NCBI GenBank assembly: GCA_019135895.1
Contig: JAGVVH010000415.1
Coordinates: 3,226 to 67,225 of the forward strand
DNA length: 64,000 nucleotides
From: Bacteroidota bacterium
GTDB lineage: Bacteria > Bacteroidota > Bacteroidia > Bacteroidales > WCHB1-69
Reading direction: 5' to 3'
Within the stretch, counting starts at the first letter, position 1; the number at the start of each line of letters is the position of its first letter. This document shows, piece after piece, positions 48,951-58,530 of the stretch. The notes under the pieces were generated by a model. That model searched no databases, was not told the DNA's origin, and saw only the letters and a program-made list of their open reading frames with translations. A program made the translations under genes and the position numbers.

Positions 48951-49700
48951 ATGCATCAGGATAATATTATTTATGGACTAAGACCTCTGTTGGAAGCCAT
49001 TAAAAATGATAAAACAATCGACAAAGTATTATTTCAAAAAGGGCTAAAAGGAGATCTTTTTAAGGAGCTTTTTTATCTTGTTCGCCAAAATGGAATTCCC
49101 TTTCAATATGTACCGGTTGAAAAAATAAATAAATTTACACACGCCAACCATCAGGGGGTTGTTGCCTTTATTTCAGCAATTGAGTATCAGGACATTTTTT
49201 CTATTTTACCTTCCATATTTGAAAGGGGAAAAGTTCCTTTTCTTCTTATTTTGGACAAGATTACGGATGTTCGTAATATTGGAGCAATTGCCCGTTCTGC
49301 GGAATGTGCTGCAGTTGATGCGATAATATTGCCCCTAAAAGGAGGGGCTCAACTCAATGAAGATGCTGTTAAAAGTTCTGCCGGGGCCTTGCATTCAATC
49401 CCTGTTTGTCGTCATTCAAATCTTGTTGAAATTATACAATTCCTTCAAGATTCAGGAGTTGAGGTTGTGGCAGTGACAGAAAAGGCAAAACATTACTATT
49501 TTGAAAAAGATTTTACTAAACCTCTTTGTTTGATTATGGGAAATGAGTATGAGGGTATTGCTTGGGATTATCAAAGAAAATGTAATGATGCTGTCAACAT
49601 ACCTATGCTTGGTTCTATTGAATCACTGAATGTATCTGTTGCAACAGGTATTGTGCTCTTTGAAGTAGCCAAACAAAGACTAAGAGATATTGGTGTTTAG
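48951..49700 (+). CDS. rlmB: 23S rRNA (guanosine-2'-O)-methyltransferase RlmB / TrmH-family SpoU methyltransferase
   Basis: Start at ATG 48951 (the ORF-track start 48891 is a GTG inside the upstream gene). LDKITDVRNIGAIARSA, LIMGNEYEGI, IPMLGSIESLNVSVATGI. Confidence 0.82.
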   Translation: MHQDNIIYGLRPLLEAIKNDKTIDKVLFQKGLKGDLFKELFYLVRQNGIPFQYVPVEKINKFTHANHQGVVAFISAIEYQDIFSILPSIFERGKVPFLLILDKITDVRNIGAIARSAECAAVDAIILPLKGGAQLNEDAVKSSAGALHSIPVCRHSNLVEIIQFLQDSGVEVVAVTEKAKHYYFEKDFTKPLCLIMGNEYEGIAWDYQRKCNDAVNIPMLGSIESLNVSVATGIVLFEVAKQRLRDIGV

Positions 49701-49727
49701 TTTTTCTATTATGTAAGATTTTTAATT

Positions 49728-50216
49728 ATGACAATCGGCATACTTTCCGACACACATGGGTACCTACATCCTAATATTTTCTCTTTCTTTGAAAAATGTG
49801 ATGAAATATGGCATGCCGGCGATATCGGAAATAGCGAAATTCTTGACCAACTGGAATTAATTGCCCCTGTTAAAGCAGTTTTTGGAAATTGTGATGACTG
49901 GTCAGTACGAAGCCAGATTCCCGAATTGATGGTTTTCCCTTGTCAGGAACATAAAATTGCTTTAATGCATATCGTTGGTTCTCCCGGATACTATTATTCT
50001 AAATCAATTGAAATTATTAAAAAAGAGAAACCTACTGTTTTTATTGCGGGTCATTCTCATATTCTAAAAGTGATGAATGATACAAAGAATAATTTGCTTT
50101 TCATTAATCCCGGATCAGCAGGAAGATACGGTATTCATAAAAGATTAACTTTCCTTCGATTTAAGATTATTGGAAAAAAAATTAGTGATCTTGAAATTTA
50201 TGATGAACCAAAATAA
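49728..50216 (+). CDS. metallophosphoesterase (YfcE/MJ0936 family)
   Basis: GILSDTHG, WHAGD, GNCD, GHSH, NPGS. Confidence 0.85.
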   Translation: MTIGILSDTHGYLHPNIFSFFEKCDEIWHAGDIGNSEILDQLELIAPVKAVFGNCDDWSVRSQIPELMVFPCQEHKIALMHIVGSPGYYYSKSIEIIKKEKPTVFIAGHSHILKVMNDTKNNLLFINPGSAGRYGIHKRLTFLRFKIIGKKISDLEIYDEPK

Positions 50217-50226
50217 TAGCAAATTA

Positions 50227-51150
50227 ATGATTCATGATATTATTACTATTCTAGGTCCTACTGCAACGGGAAAAACTCGGCTGGCGGCCCTTTTGGCAAA
50301 TGAATTAAAGGCTGAGATTGTCAGTGCCGATTCCCGTCAGGTTTATCGTGATATGAATATTGGAACAGGAAAAGATCTTGACGACTACAGAATAGGAAAT
50401 ATTACGATTCCCTACCATCTGATTGATATTGTAAATCCGAGATTAGAATACAATATTTTTCTATATCAACAGGATGCAGTTAAGGCTATTAATTATATCC
50501 AATCTAGAAAAAAACAGGTAATTCTTTGTGGGGGTAGTGGTATGTATATTGAAGCTTTGCTGAAAGGATACAAACTCTTTCCTGTTCCTATAAATCAATT
50601 GCTTAGAAAAGGACTTGAACAAAAATCTGAAGAAGAATTAATAAGTTTACTTACCTCTTTTCGTGCAATTCATAACGTTACTGATACTTGCGAACATTCC
50701 AGATTGCTTCGAGCTATCGAAATTGAATATTATTATCGAGAACATCCTGAATTAAGTGAGTTTGCTAAACCGATACCATCGCTAATTTTTGGATTAAAAG
50801 GAGACAGAGATTTAATCAGAAATAAAATTACTTTACGCCTTAAACATCGTTTAGAAAATGGGATGATTGAAGAAGTGGACAATTTGATAAAAAGAGGTGT
50901 TAATCCCAATTTACTAATAAGATATGGGCTTGAATATAAATTTATCACCCTATTTTTACTCAAAGAAATAGATTATAATACTTTATTTAAACGACTTAAT
51001 ACTGCAATTCATCAATTCTCGAAAAGGCAGATGACCTGGTTCCGAAAAATGGAACGGGATGGTTTTAAAATTAACTGGATAGATATTTCTCTTGATGAGG
51101 AAGAAAAATTAAGATTAATCATGGACTTTCTGAGAAGTCACAATTCCTAG
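50227..51150 (+). CDS. miaA: tRNA dimethylallyltransferase
   Basis: MIHDIITILGPTATGKT (P-loop), SADSRQVYRDMNIGTGK, QMTWFRK. In-frame upstream ATGs at 50200/50203 would overlap the preceding gene, so the start is uncertain. Confidence 0.88.
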   Translation: MIHDIITILGPTATGKTRLAALLANELKAEIVSADSRQVYRDMNIGTGKDLDDYRIGNITIPYHLIDIVNPRLEYNIFLYQQDAVKAINYIQSRKKQVILCGGSGMYIEALLKGYKLFPVPINQLLRKGLEQKSEEELISLLTSFRAIHNVTDTCEHSRLLRAIEIEYYYREHPELSEFAKPIPSLIFGLKGDRDLIRNKITLRLKHRLENGMIEEVDNLIKRGVNPNLLIRYGLEYKFITLFLLKEIDYNTLFKRLNTAIHQFSKRQMTWFRKMERDGFKINWIDISLDEEEKLRLIMDFLRSHNS

Positions 51151-52586
51151 AATCTGATACCGACAGTGGCAAAGACTTTATGATTAATATAAGTGTTGTT
51201 TGAAGCTTCTACTAATTCAGGATTGTATAACCAATAGTTTTCAATTGAATATTTGAAAATATAGGCTAAATCAAAGAAGAAAGATTTAGTTCTTATGCCA
51301 AATCCCAAAGATCCCAAATGTGAAGTGCCGGTGTTAATTTCATTCTTGTAAGGTGAACTCTTGAAATTATATCCTAGTCGAATTAAAAAATTTTCCGATA
51401 AATAGACTTCTGTTCCGACACGAACAATATTTGATATTCCATATTTTTCCTGAATATTTTTATTTTCATCTGCAAAGGAATAATCATTGGCATACATATA
51501 GGCCATTCCATAATCTACAAATTCATATTCTGCACTAATAAAAGCACGCTTGTTGATAAAAAAAGCAAGACTCCCGATTGCACGGAGAGGAGTGGTAAGT
51601 TTGTAGTTATACTGATTTTCGTATGAAGCCGAATATTCTTTTCCTGCATCACTAGTAGAGGTTATTTCTCTGTAAAAATTATCTGAAATAGCGTTATAAT
51701 AAGTTGGAGTGTGAAAAGCTGCACCAATTCTCATGAATTTAAAAGGTTGGTATAAAATACCTAGTTTTAAGTTAATGCCACTTCCTTTTACAATAAGTTC
51801 ATCATCTATGGTATAAGAATCCATTCCACCCACAGTCATCTCTTCATCAATTTCTTCATAACTGGAAATTTCCTTATAATGTATAAATGGTATTCCCATC
51901 GTTGCCCCAATAAATATACGATCATCGTAATTTCCTCCAACAGAAAAAGCCATTTCATCTATTCCACCACTCGTTTTGGTATATTTACTTTGAGCCAGAT
52001 TTGATCCGCTGAATGGAGAATAATAATGGTTGTCATCACCTGGCAAAGTGTCTATTAACCAAGTTTCCCAAGCTACAAGATTATCCCCATATAGGTTTTG
52101 AAAATTTGTTGAATTAGCACTGTTTACAAATTCATCAGTCATTGAACTCCCTATTGAGGTCCCTTCTACAAGGCTGGAATTATTAAAATCATTAATTCTG
52201 TTATATCCAACTCCAAATTGAATAGCATTCCATTTAGAGTTTGGAATAGCATTAGTTTTAAAGACCATTCCTAAATTTGTAATACTATAGTTTGATGAAA
52301 TATATTTTGACTCAGAATTGAAATAGTTTGCTTTGCTATTAAAAACAGAGATTACAATAGGAGTAAAAGAAATCTCATTTTTTTTAAAAACACCAATTGA
52401 TGCAGGGTTTGTGCTTAATGCTGAAAAGTCAGCTCCAACTGCTCCAAAAGCACCTCCGGCTCCCATAAAGCGTGCGGTTCCTTCCCAATTATTTTGAGAG
52501 AATCTGAATGCATCAATGTCATTTTGAGCATTTATAAATACAATGAAAAAACCAAATACGATACTCAAAAACAATTTCTTTTTCAT
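51147..52586 (-). CDS. outer-membrane beta-barrel protein, FadL/OMPP1-like
   Basis: Signal peptide. N-terminal GTARFMGAGGAFGAVGADFSALSTNPASIG resembles the FadL-family hatch motif. Ends VGIRF. Confidence 0.55.
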   Translation of the reverse strand: MKKKLFLSIVFGFFIVFINAQNDIDAFRFSQNNWEGTARFMGAGGAFGAVGADFSALSTNPASIGVFKKNEISFTPIVISVFNSKANYFNSESKYISSNYSITNLGMVFKTNAIPNSKWNAIQFGVGYNRINDFNNSSLVEGTSIGSSMTDEFVNSANSTNFQNLYGDNLVAWETWLIDTLPGDDNHYYSPFSGSNLAQSKYTKTSGGIDEMAFSVGGNYDDRIFIGATMGIPFIHYKEISSYEEIDEEMTVGGMDSYTIDDELIVKGSGINLKLGILYQPFKFMRIGAAFHTPTYYNAISDNFYREITSTSDAGKEYSASYENQYNYKLTTPLRAIGSLAFFINKRAFISAEYEFVDYGMAYMYANDYSFADENKNIQEKYGISNIVRVGTEVYLSENFLIRLGYNFKSSPYKNEINTGTSHLGSLGFGIRTKSFFFDLAYIFKYSIENYWLYNPELVEASNNTYINHKVFATVGIRF

Positions 52587-52694
52587 AATTATTTTATTTT
52601 AATGAGAAAAACTATAAAATGGAATTAACGTCTGTTTGAACTACTGCCGGAAGAAGATGAACTTCTGCTACTGCCAGAGGAAGATGAACTGCTT

Positions 52695-52892
52695 GGAGAT
52701 GAATAGGATCTGCCAGATGAACTACTTGGAGATGAATAGGATCTGCTGGAGGAACTGCTCGGTGAAGAATAGGATCTGCTGGAGGAACTACTTGGTGAAG
52801 AATAGGATCTGCCGGAAGAGCTACTTGGTGAAGAATAAGACCTGCCGGAACTTGAATTAGGGGTTGAATAGCTTCTCCCACTTGAATTATCA
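52695..52892 (-). repeat. imperfect 33-nt coding tandem repeat, about 6 copies
   Basis: Units start at 52695, 52728, 52761, 52794, 52827 and 52860. In the frame ending at 52625 they encode SSSGRSYSSPS-type 11-aa repeats. Confidence 0.85.
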
Positions 52893-52911
52893 GTTTTTTT
52901 GTATGTTGGAG

Positions 52912-54171
52912 TTATTCTGGAATTAGATGGTCTGTATTGGTTATTATAAGGATTGGGATTATTTTGGGGAGTGTTTCTATATTGATTATTATGTGTTCCG
53001 GAATTAGGATTTTGTCTAGAATTGTTTTGGGGAGTATTATATGTAGGTCTTGTCGTAGTAGTGTTAGCAGGTCTTGTCGTAGTAGTGTTAGCAGGTCTTG
53101 TCGTAGTAGTGTTAGCAGGTCTTGTCGTAGTAGTGTTAGCAGGTCTTGTCGTGTTGAGGGAACCGTATTGTAAGTCTTTGAAGTTGTGGAGGTATTATTA
53201 GTTCCATTGCTTGGAGAAACTGTATTTTGTGTTTTAGAGTTGGTAGTATTATTAATGGTTTTATCTGATGAAACTTTGTTGGCGGTATTTGCCGGTTTGT
53301 TTATTTCGGAAGCGCTTGTAGAGGATGCTGCAAGGGCATCATAACGTTGATTAAAACTGGTTGGAGTTACAGAACGAGAAACTGAACCCGAATTATTATT
53401 ATTGTTGTCGTCTCCATAATCGTTGGGTCTGTCACCGCGCCCCCCGTGGTTGGCAATCCCATTTGAGGAGCCAACATTATGCCTGTGTCCATAGAAATAG
53501 GAGTGATTATTATCATAATTATTGTGATAATATCCTGCAAAGTATCCTGTATAATAGCCGTCGTAATATCCCCAGTTATAAGCATTCCAGTAATAATTCG
53601 GACGATGGCATCCCCATCCCCATCCATAGTTAAAACCATAAGAATAATAACCGTAATCATAATAATATGGGCGATACATATATGATGGCCACCACCAGTC
53701 ATATCCTAAATAAATACTCATGCCCCAGCTTGAGGGGTAATAATCATACCAGTACATATTGGTATAGTATGGATCGTAATATCCCCATCCATAATAAGAA
53801 TTTGAATGAAAACGTCGAATGCGGGAGGAATAATAATAGTCATAATAATCATCATAAAAATCGTAATTATCATAATTATCATAATAGTAGTTATTAGTTA
53901 CATATGCATTTCCTTCTTCATCATAATAGGTTTCTGAATTTTCATAAGCTAAAGAAGGATTTGTTGTGTCATAGTAAACGACATTGTTATCATCTATGTT
54001 TTCATCAACATAATATTGAACCTGATTATCAGAAGTTGTCTCTATTGGTTTTTGATACTGGGCATCATTGGATGATGTGTAAATATCATCATAGTAGGTT
54101 AAAGTACCGATGTTGCAAGATATCATGCTGATTGCTAAAATGAAAAGCGGGATTAAAATCTTTTTTTTCAT
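52912..54171 (-). CDS. Tyr/Trp/Gly/Asp/Asn-rich lipoprotein; the 3' part is probably frameshifted (alternative open frame 53194->52625)
   Basis: Lipobox ILAISMISC. Extreme aromatic low-complexity core (YYDNYDNYDFYDDYYDYYY...GWGWG...). See the findings for the frame analysis. Confidence 0.6.
   Translation of the reverse strand: MKKKILIPLFILAISMISCNIGTLTYYDDIYTSSNDAQYQKPIETTSDNQVQYYVDENIDDNNVVYYDTTNPSLAYENSETYYDEEGNAYVTNNYYYDNYDNYDFYDDYYDYYYSSRIRRFHSNSYYGWGYYDPYYTNMYWYDYYPSSWGMSIYLGYDWWWPSYMYRPYYYDYGYYSYGFNYGWGWGCHRPNYYWNAYNWGYYDGYYTGYFAGYYHNNYDNNHSYFYGHRHNVGSSNGIANHGGRGDRPNDYGDDNNNNNSGSVSRSVTPTSFNQRYDALAASSTSASEINKPANTANKVSSDKTINNTTNSKTQNTVSPSNGTNNTSTTSKTYNTVPSTRQDLLTLLRQDLLTLLRQDLLTLLRQDLLTLLRQDLHIILPKTILDKILIPEHIIINIETLPKIIPILIITNTDHLIPE
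53045..53152 (-). repeat. perfect 24-nt coding tandem repeat, 4.5 copies
   Basis: aggtcttgtcgtagtagtgttagc occurs at 53045, 53069, 53093 and 53117, with a 12-nt partial copy. It encodes RQDLLTLL in the annotated frame or TRPANTTT in the alternative open frame. Confidence 0.95.
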
Positions 54172-54209
54172 GGCTTTATCTCCTATATTTTTTGGGTTCT
54201 TATTTTTTA

Positions 54210-54217
54210 TATTTTTG
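54210..54217 (+). promoter_or_regulatory. candidate -7 promoter box (TATTTTTG)
   Basis: TAnnTTTG match 57 nt upstream of ATG 54274. Confidence 0.4.
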
Positions 54218-54273
54218 CAATTCGAATTAATAGACTACAAAAATAATTAAAAGTTAATCCTAAACGAAAAATA

Positions 54274-55746
54274 ATGGCAAAAAGTATTACTACTCGTGTT
54301 GAAAATTACTCTCAATGGTACAATGATATTGTTAAAAAAGCTGATCTTGCTGAAAATTCGTCAGTTAGAGGTTGTATGGTAATAAAACCCTATGGTTATG
54401 CAATTTGGGAAAAAATGCAGTCAGCTTTGGATAAAATGTTTAAAGATACCGGACATGTAAATGCATATTTTCCTTTGTTTATACCAAAGTCATTTTTTAG
54501 TAAAGAAGCAAGTCATGTTGAAGGATTTGCAAAAGAATGTGCAGTTATAACTCATTACCGTCTGAAAAATGATCCTAATGGTGGTGTTATTGTTGATCCG
54601 GAAGCTAAACTGGAAGAAGAATTGATTGTTCGTCCCACTTCTGAGACAATTATTTGGGATAGCTATAAAAACTGGATTCAGTCATACCGTGACCTTCCTC
54701 TTTTAATAAATCAATGGGCAAATGTTGTTAGATGGGAAATGCGTACTCGTTTGTTTTTGAGAACCGCTGAATTTCTTTGGCAAGAAGGTCATACTGCTCA
54801 TTCAACTAGGCAAGAGGCAATAGAAGAAGCTGAAAGAATGCTGAATGTTTATACTGATTTTGCAGAGAATTTTATGGCTGTGCCAGTAATTAAGGGTGTT
54901 AAGTCTCCTAATGAACGTTTTGCAGGTGCAGAAGAAACCTATTGTATTGAAGCTCTTATGCAGGATGGAAAAGCACTTCAGGCTGGAACTTCGCACTTCT
55001 TAGGTCAAAATTTTGCAAAAGCATTTGATGTTAAATTTTTGAATAAAGAGAATCAGCTGGAATATGTTTGGGCTTCTTCGTGGGGGGTTTCTACACGTTT
55101 AATTGGGGCTCTTATTATGACACATTCTGATGATAACGGATTGGTACTACCTCCAAAACTTGCCCCTATCCAAGTAGTGATTGTTCCTATATACAAGGAA
55201 GAAGAACAGTTAAAAATGATTACTGAAAAAATTCAACCTTTGATTGGAAAATTGAAAGCCAGAAATATATCGGTCAAATATGATGATGATGATTCCAAAC
55301 GCTCAGGATGGAAATTTAATGAATATGAAATGAAAGGTGTTCCTGTTCGTTTAGTTATTGGACCAAGGGATTTGGAAAATAATCAAGTTGAAGTTGTACG
55401 CCGTGATACTTTACAAAAAATGAATCTTTCTTTTGATACGCTGGATTTGGAGGTGGAGAAATTGTTGGATGAAATTCAACAGAACCTTTTTGAAAGATCT
55501 TTGCAATTTAGAAAAGAAAACATCCGTAAAGCAGATTCTTGGGATGAATTTATCAATATTCTTGATAATAAGGGAGGTTTTGTTTTAGCTCATTGGGATG
55601 GAACTGCTGAAACCGAGCAGTTAATTAAAGAGAACTCAAAAGCTACCATACGTTGCATCCCAATTGACAATCAGCATGAAGACGGGAAATGTATTTTGAC
55701 GGGCAAACCATCTATTCAAAGAGTACTTTTTGCGAGAGCTTACTAA
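54274..55746 (+). CDS. proS: proline--tRNA ligase (archaeal/eukaryote-like short form)
   Basis: Length 490 aa. [41 protein letters not shown], and a C-terminal extension ending RAY. Confidence 0.92.
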   Translation: MAKSITTRVENYSQWYNDIVKKADLAENSSVRGCMVIKPYGYAIWEKMQSALDKMFKDTGHVNAYFPLFIPKSFFSKEASHVEGFAKECAVITHYRLKNDPNGGVIVDPEAKLEEELIVRPTSETIIWDSYKNWIQSYRDLPLLINQWANVVRWEMRTRLFLRTAEFLWQEGHTAHSTRQEAIEEAERMLNVYTDFAENFMAVPVIKGVKSPNERFAGAEETYCIEALMQDGKALQAGTSHFLGQNFAKAFDVKFLNKENQLEYVWASSWGVSTRLIGALIMTHSDDNGLVLPPKLAPIQVVIVPIYKEEEQLKMITEKIQPLIGKLKARNISVKYDDDDSKRSGWKFNEYEMKGVPVRLVIGPRDLENNQVEVVRRDTLQKMNLSFDTLDLEVEKLLDEIQQNLFERSLQFRKENIRKADSWDEFINILDNKGGFVLAHWDGTAETEQLIKENSKATIRCIPIDNQHEDGKCILTGKPSIQRVLFARAY

Positions 55747-55804
55747 ATTAAATGATGATTTGAGGTAATTTTTATTTTATTACTGATTTTATTAAAATTA
55801 TAAT

Positions 55805-56581
55805 ATGCAAGATAACAGACTCTCAGCCTTTAAAAGATTATTGGATATTATGGATGAACTCAGAGAAAAGTGTCCATGGGATAGCAAACAAACATTTGAA
55901 ACTCTTCGTTATTTGACTATTGAGGAAACTTACGAACTCTCAGACGCCATCCTCGACAATAATCCTTTGGAAATTTCTAAAGAATTGGGAGATCTTATGC
56001 TCCATCTTGTTTTTTATGCAAAAATCGGTTCAGAATCAGGTTCTTTTGATATTGCTGATGTTTTGAATGGGATATGTGAAAAGTTAATTCGTCGCCATCC
56101 TCATATTTTTGGAGATGTTAAGGTTACTGATGTTGATGATGTTAAGAATAATTGGGAGAAAATTAAATTAAAAGAGGGAAATAAATCTGTCCTGGCAGGC
56201 GTTCCTTCTTCGCTCCCGGCAATGGTTAAAGCATATCGAATTCAGGAAAAAGTAAGAGGAGTGGGTTTTGATTGGGAAAAAAAAGAGCAAGTTTGGGATA
56301 AAGTTGAAGAAGAAATTAGGGAGTTTAAATCAGAAATGGATTTAAATTCTTGTAAAATGGAAGATGAATTCGGAGATCTTCTTTTTGCACTTGTTAACTA
56401 TGCGCGTTTTATAAAAATCAATCCGGAAGATGCACTTGAAAAGACTAACAGAAAATTTATCAGACGTTTTCAGTTTATGGAAAAATGTTCTCAAGAATCC
56501 GGAAAACCCTTATCGGAAATGACTCTTAATGAAATGGAGCTTCTTTGGCAACAGGCAAAATCGGAGAAAAATTTAATTTAG
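55805..56581 (+). CDS. mazG: nucleoside triphosphate pyrophosphohydrolase MazG
   Basis: CPWDSKQTFETLRYLTIEETYELSDAI, ELGDLMLHLVF, and a second repeat EFGDLLFALVNYARF. Confidence 0.9.
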   Translation: MQDNRLSAFKRLLDIMDELREKCPWDSKQTFETLRYLTIEETYELSDAILDNNPLEISKELGDLMLHLVFYAKIGSESGSFDIADVLNGICEKLIRRHPHIFGDVKVTDVDDVKNNWEKIKLKEGNKSVLAGVPSSLPAMVKAYRIQEKVRGVGFDWEKKEQVWDKVEEEIREFKSEMDLNSCKMEDEFGDLLFALVNYARFIKINPEDALEKTNRKFIRRFQFMEKCSQESGKPLSEMTLNEMELLWQQAKSEKNLI

Positions 56582-56598
56582 TTATTAATTTCCCTACT

Positions 56599-58530
56599 AT
56601 GAAAATTCGCCCATTTGTATTATCATTGTTGATAATTCTAGTTACTTCCACCTCATTTTCTCAGCAAAATGCAAGCAAAAAAATTATGAATCTTTGTAAT
56701 AAGGCCAAAGAAGCTATTAATTTGCAACAATTTGACAAAGCAGAAAAATATCTTCAGAAATCTTTGTCCCTCGACTCTTCATACGCAGATACTTATGTTT
56801 TGTATGGGGATATCTATAATGTTACATTACAGTCTGCTAAAGCTGCCGATTGTTATAATAAAGCTATTAGTTTACTTAAGAATCCAAAGCCGAATTTATT
56901 TTTTATTGCTGCAGGAGAAGAGTTGAAATGCGGACGTTATCAGAATGCTCAGAAAAATTTGAATTTATATTTGGAAAAAACAGGAAATGAAACACCATTG
57001 ATTGATGAGGTTAAGAAAGGACTTGAAACTTGTGCATTTGGGATTGAAGCACTTAAAAATCCTGTCGATTTTAATCCTGTTAACCTAGGTCGTAATATCA
57101 ATTCTGAATGGGATGAATATTTGGCTGCTTTAACTGCTGATGAGGAAGAATTTATCTTTACGGTTCGCCGCCCAAGAGATAACAATACTATTTGTGCCTT
57201 TTGTCAAATGGAAGAAGATTTCTATTCAAGTTTAAAAGAAAATGGTGAGTGGCAGCCTAGAAAACCCTTAGATAATCCTGTTAATTCAAGCTATAATGAA
57301 GGGGCTCAGTGCATTTCTCAGGATGGTCGATTTCTTTTTTTTACACTATGCAATGCCGATTTTGGATATGGTAGCTGTGACCTATATTGGTCAAAAAAAA
57401 TTGGAAGTAGATGGTCACGTCCCAGAAATTTCGGACAGCCCGTGAATTCTCCCTTTTGGGAATCACAACCAACCATTTCTCCTGATGGAAAAACTATCTA
57501 TTTTGCCTCAAACCGTCCGGGCGGAAATGGTAAAATTGATATATGGAAAACTGAAATGACGGAAGAGGGAGTCTTTACTGTTCCTGAAAATTTGGGCATT
57601 ATTATCAATACCAAAGATGATGATACAGCACCTTTTATTCATGCTGATGGAAAAACTCTCTTTTTTGCTTCCGATGGACACCAGGGAATGGGAGGAAAAG
57701 ATATTTTTTATTCTACTTTGTTGCCAGACAATAGTTGGGCTGAGCCAACAAATCTTGGCTATCCGATTAATACACCCGCTGATGAAATCAATATTTTGAT
57801 TAATGCATCCGGAAATACAGCCTATTTTGCCTCAGATAAAGATGGAGGTTTCGGAGGATTGGATTTATATAGCTTTGAACTTGATGAACGACTTCGTCCT
57901 ACTCCGGTTACTTATATTAAAGGAAGAGTTCAGGATGCCGTTTCTTTACATCCAATTCAAGCTTCTATTGAGCTATTTGACCTGAACCAAAATCAGATTA
58001 TTACTTCCACAAGTTCAGATCCTGAAACTGGAGAGTTTTTAGCTTGTATTCTTACCGGAACAAATGTTTTGCTTAATGTCTCAAATCCCCTCTATCCTTT
58101 TTATTCGGAAAATTTCCAATTAAAAAAATCATATTCTGAGCTAGAACCTTTTCATAAAGACATTAATTTGCGTAGACCCGATGTGGGATCTACTTTTATT
58201 TTGAGAAATATTTTCTTCGATTTTGACAAAAGTAGTTTAAAAAATGAGTCATTTGTTGAGTTAGATAAACTGGTTGATTACTTGAAACAGAATCCTTCGT
58301 TAAACATTGAAATTGGTGGACATACTGATAATTCGGGAAGTGATGATTACAATTTAAGACTCTCGTTGGATCGATCAAAAGAAGTTTATAATTATCTGAT
58401 TTTAAAGGGTTTGGATGCCTCTCGCTTGACTTATAAAGGGTATGGTAAAAATAACCCGATTGCATCCAACGATACCGAAGAGGGGCGAGCTGCAAATCGC
58501 AGAACTGAATTTAAAATCATCAGTAGGTAG
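56599..58530 (+). CDS. OmpA family protein with TPR and TolB-like (PD40) repeats
   Basis: Start at ATG 56599 gives the signal peptide MKIRPFVLSLLIILVTSTSFSQ. PD40-like repeats (SPDGKTIYFASNRPGG, ADGKTLFFASDG). C-terminal OmpA domain NIFFDFDKS...GHTDNSGSDDYNLRLSLDRS...NRRTEFKI. Confidence 0.85.
   Translation: MKIRPFVLSLLIILVTSTSFSQQNASKKIMNLCNKAKEAINLQQFDKAEKYLQKSLSLDSSYADTYVLYGDIYNVTLQSAKAADCYNKAISLLKNPKPNLFFIAAGEELKCGRYQNAQKNLNLYLEKTGNETPLIDEVKKGLETCAFGIEALKNPVDFNPVNLGRNINSEWDEYLAALTADEEEFIFTVRRPRDNNTICAFCQMEEDFYSSLKENGEWQPRKPLDNPVNSSYNEGAQCISQDGRFLFFTLCNADFGYGSCDLYWSKKIGSRWSRPRNFGQPVNSPFWESQPTISPDGKTIYFASNRPGGNGKIDIWKTEMTEEGVFTVPENLGIIINTKDDDTAPFIHADGKTLFFASDGHQGMGGKDIFYSTLLPDNSWAEPTNLGYPINTPADEINILINASGNTAYFASDKDGGFGGLDLYSFELDERLRPTPVTYIKGRVQDAVSLHPIQASIELFDLNQNQIITSTSSDPETGEFLACILTGTNVLLNVSNPLYPFYSENFQLKKSYSELEPFHKDINLRRPDVGSTFILRNIFFDFDKSSLKNESFVELDKLVDYLKQNPSLNIEIGGHTDNSGSDDYNLRLSLDRSKEVYNYLILKGLDASRLTYKGYGKNNPIASNDTEEGRAANRRTEFKIISR

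Noticed and set aside
52612-52881. 89-aa ORF (PADPILHQVVPPADPILH...) on the minus strand.
   Set aside because: It is the third reading phase of the 33-nt Ser-rich repeat array. Its periodicity merely mirrors the repeats. It would overlap the more coherent SSGRSYSSP frame that ends at 52625.
53045-53152. Possible CRISPR-like or other non-coding repeat array.
   Set aside because: The units are contiguous with no spacers, are 24 nt long, lie inside a coding region, and no cas genes are present. This is a coding tandem repeat.
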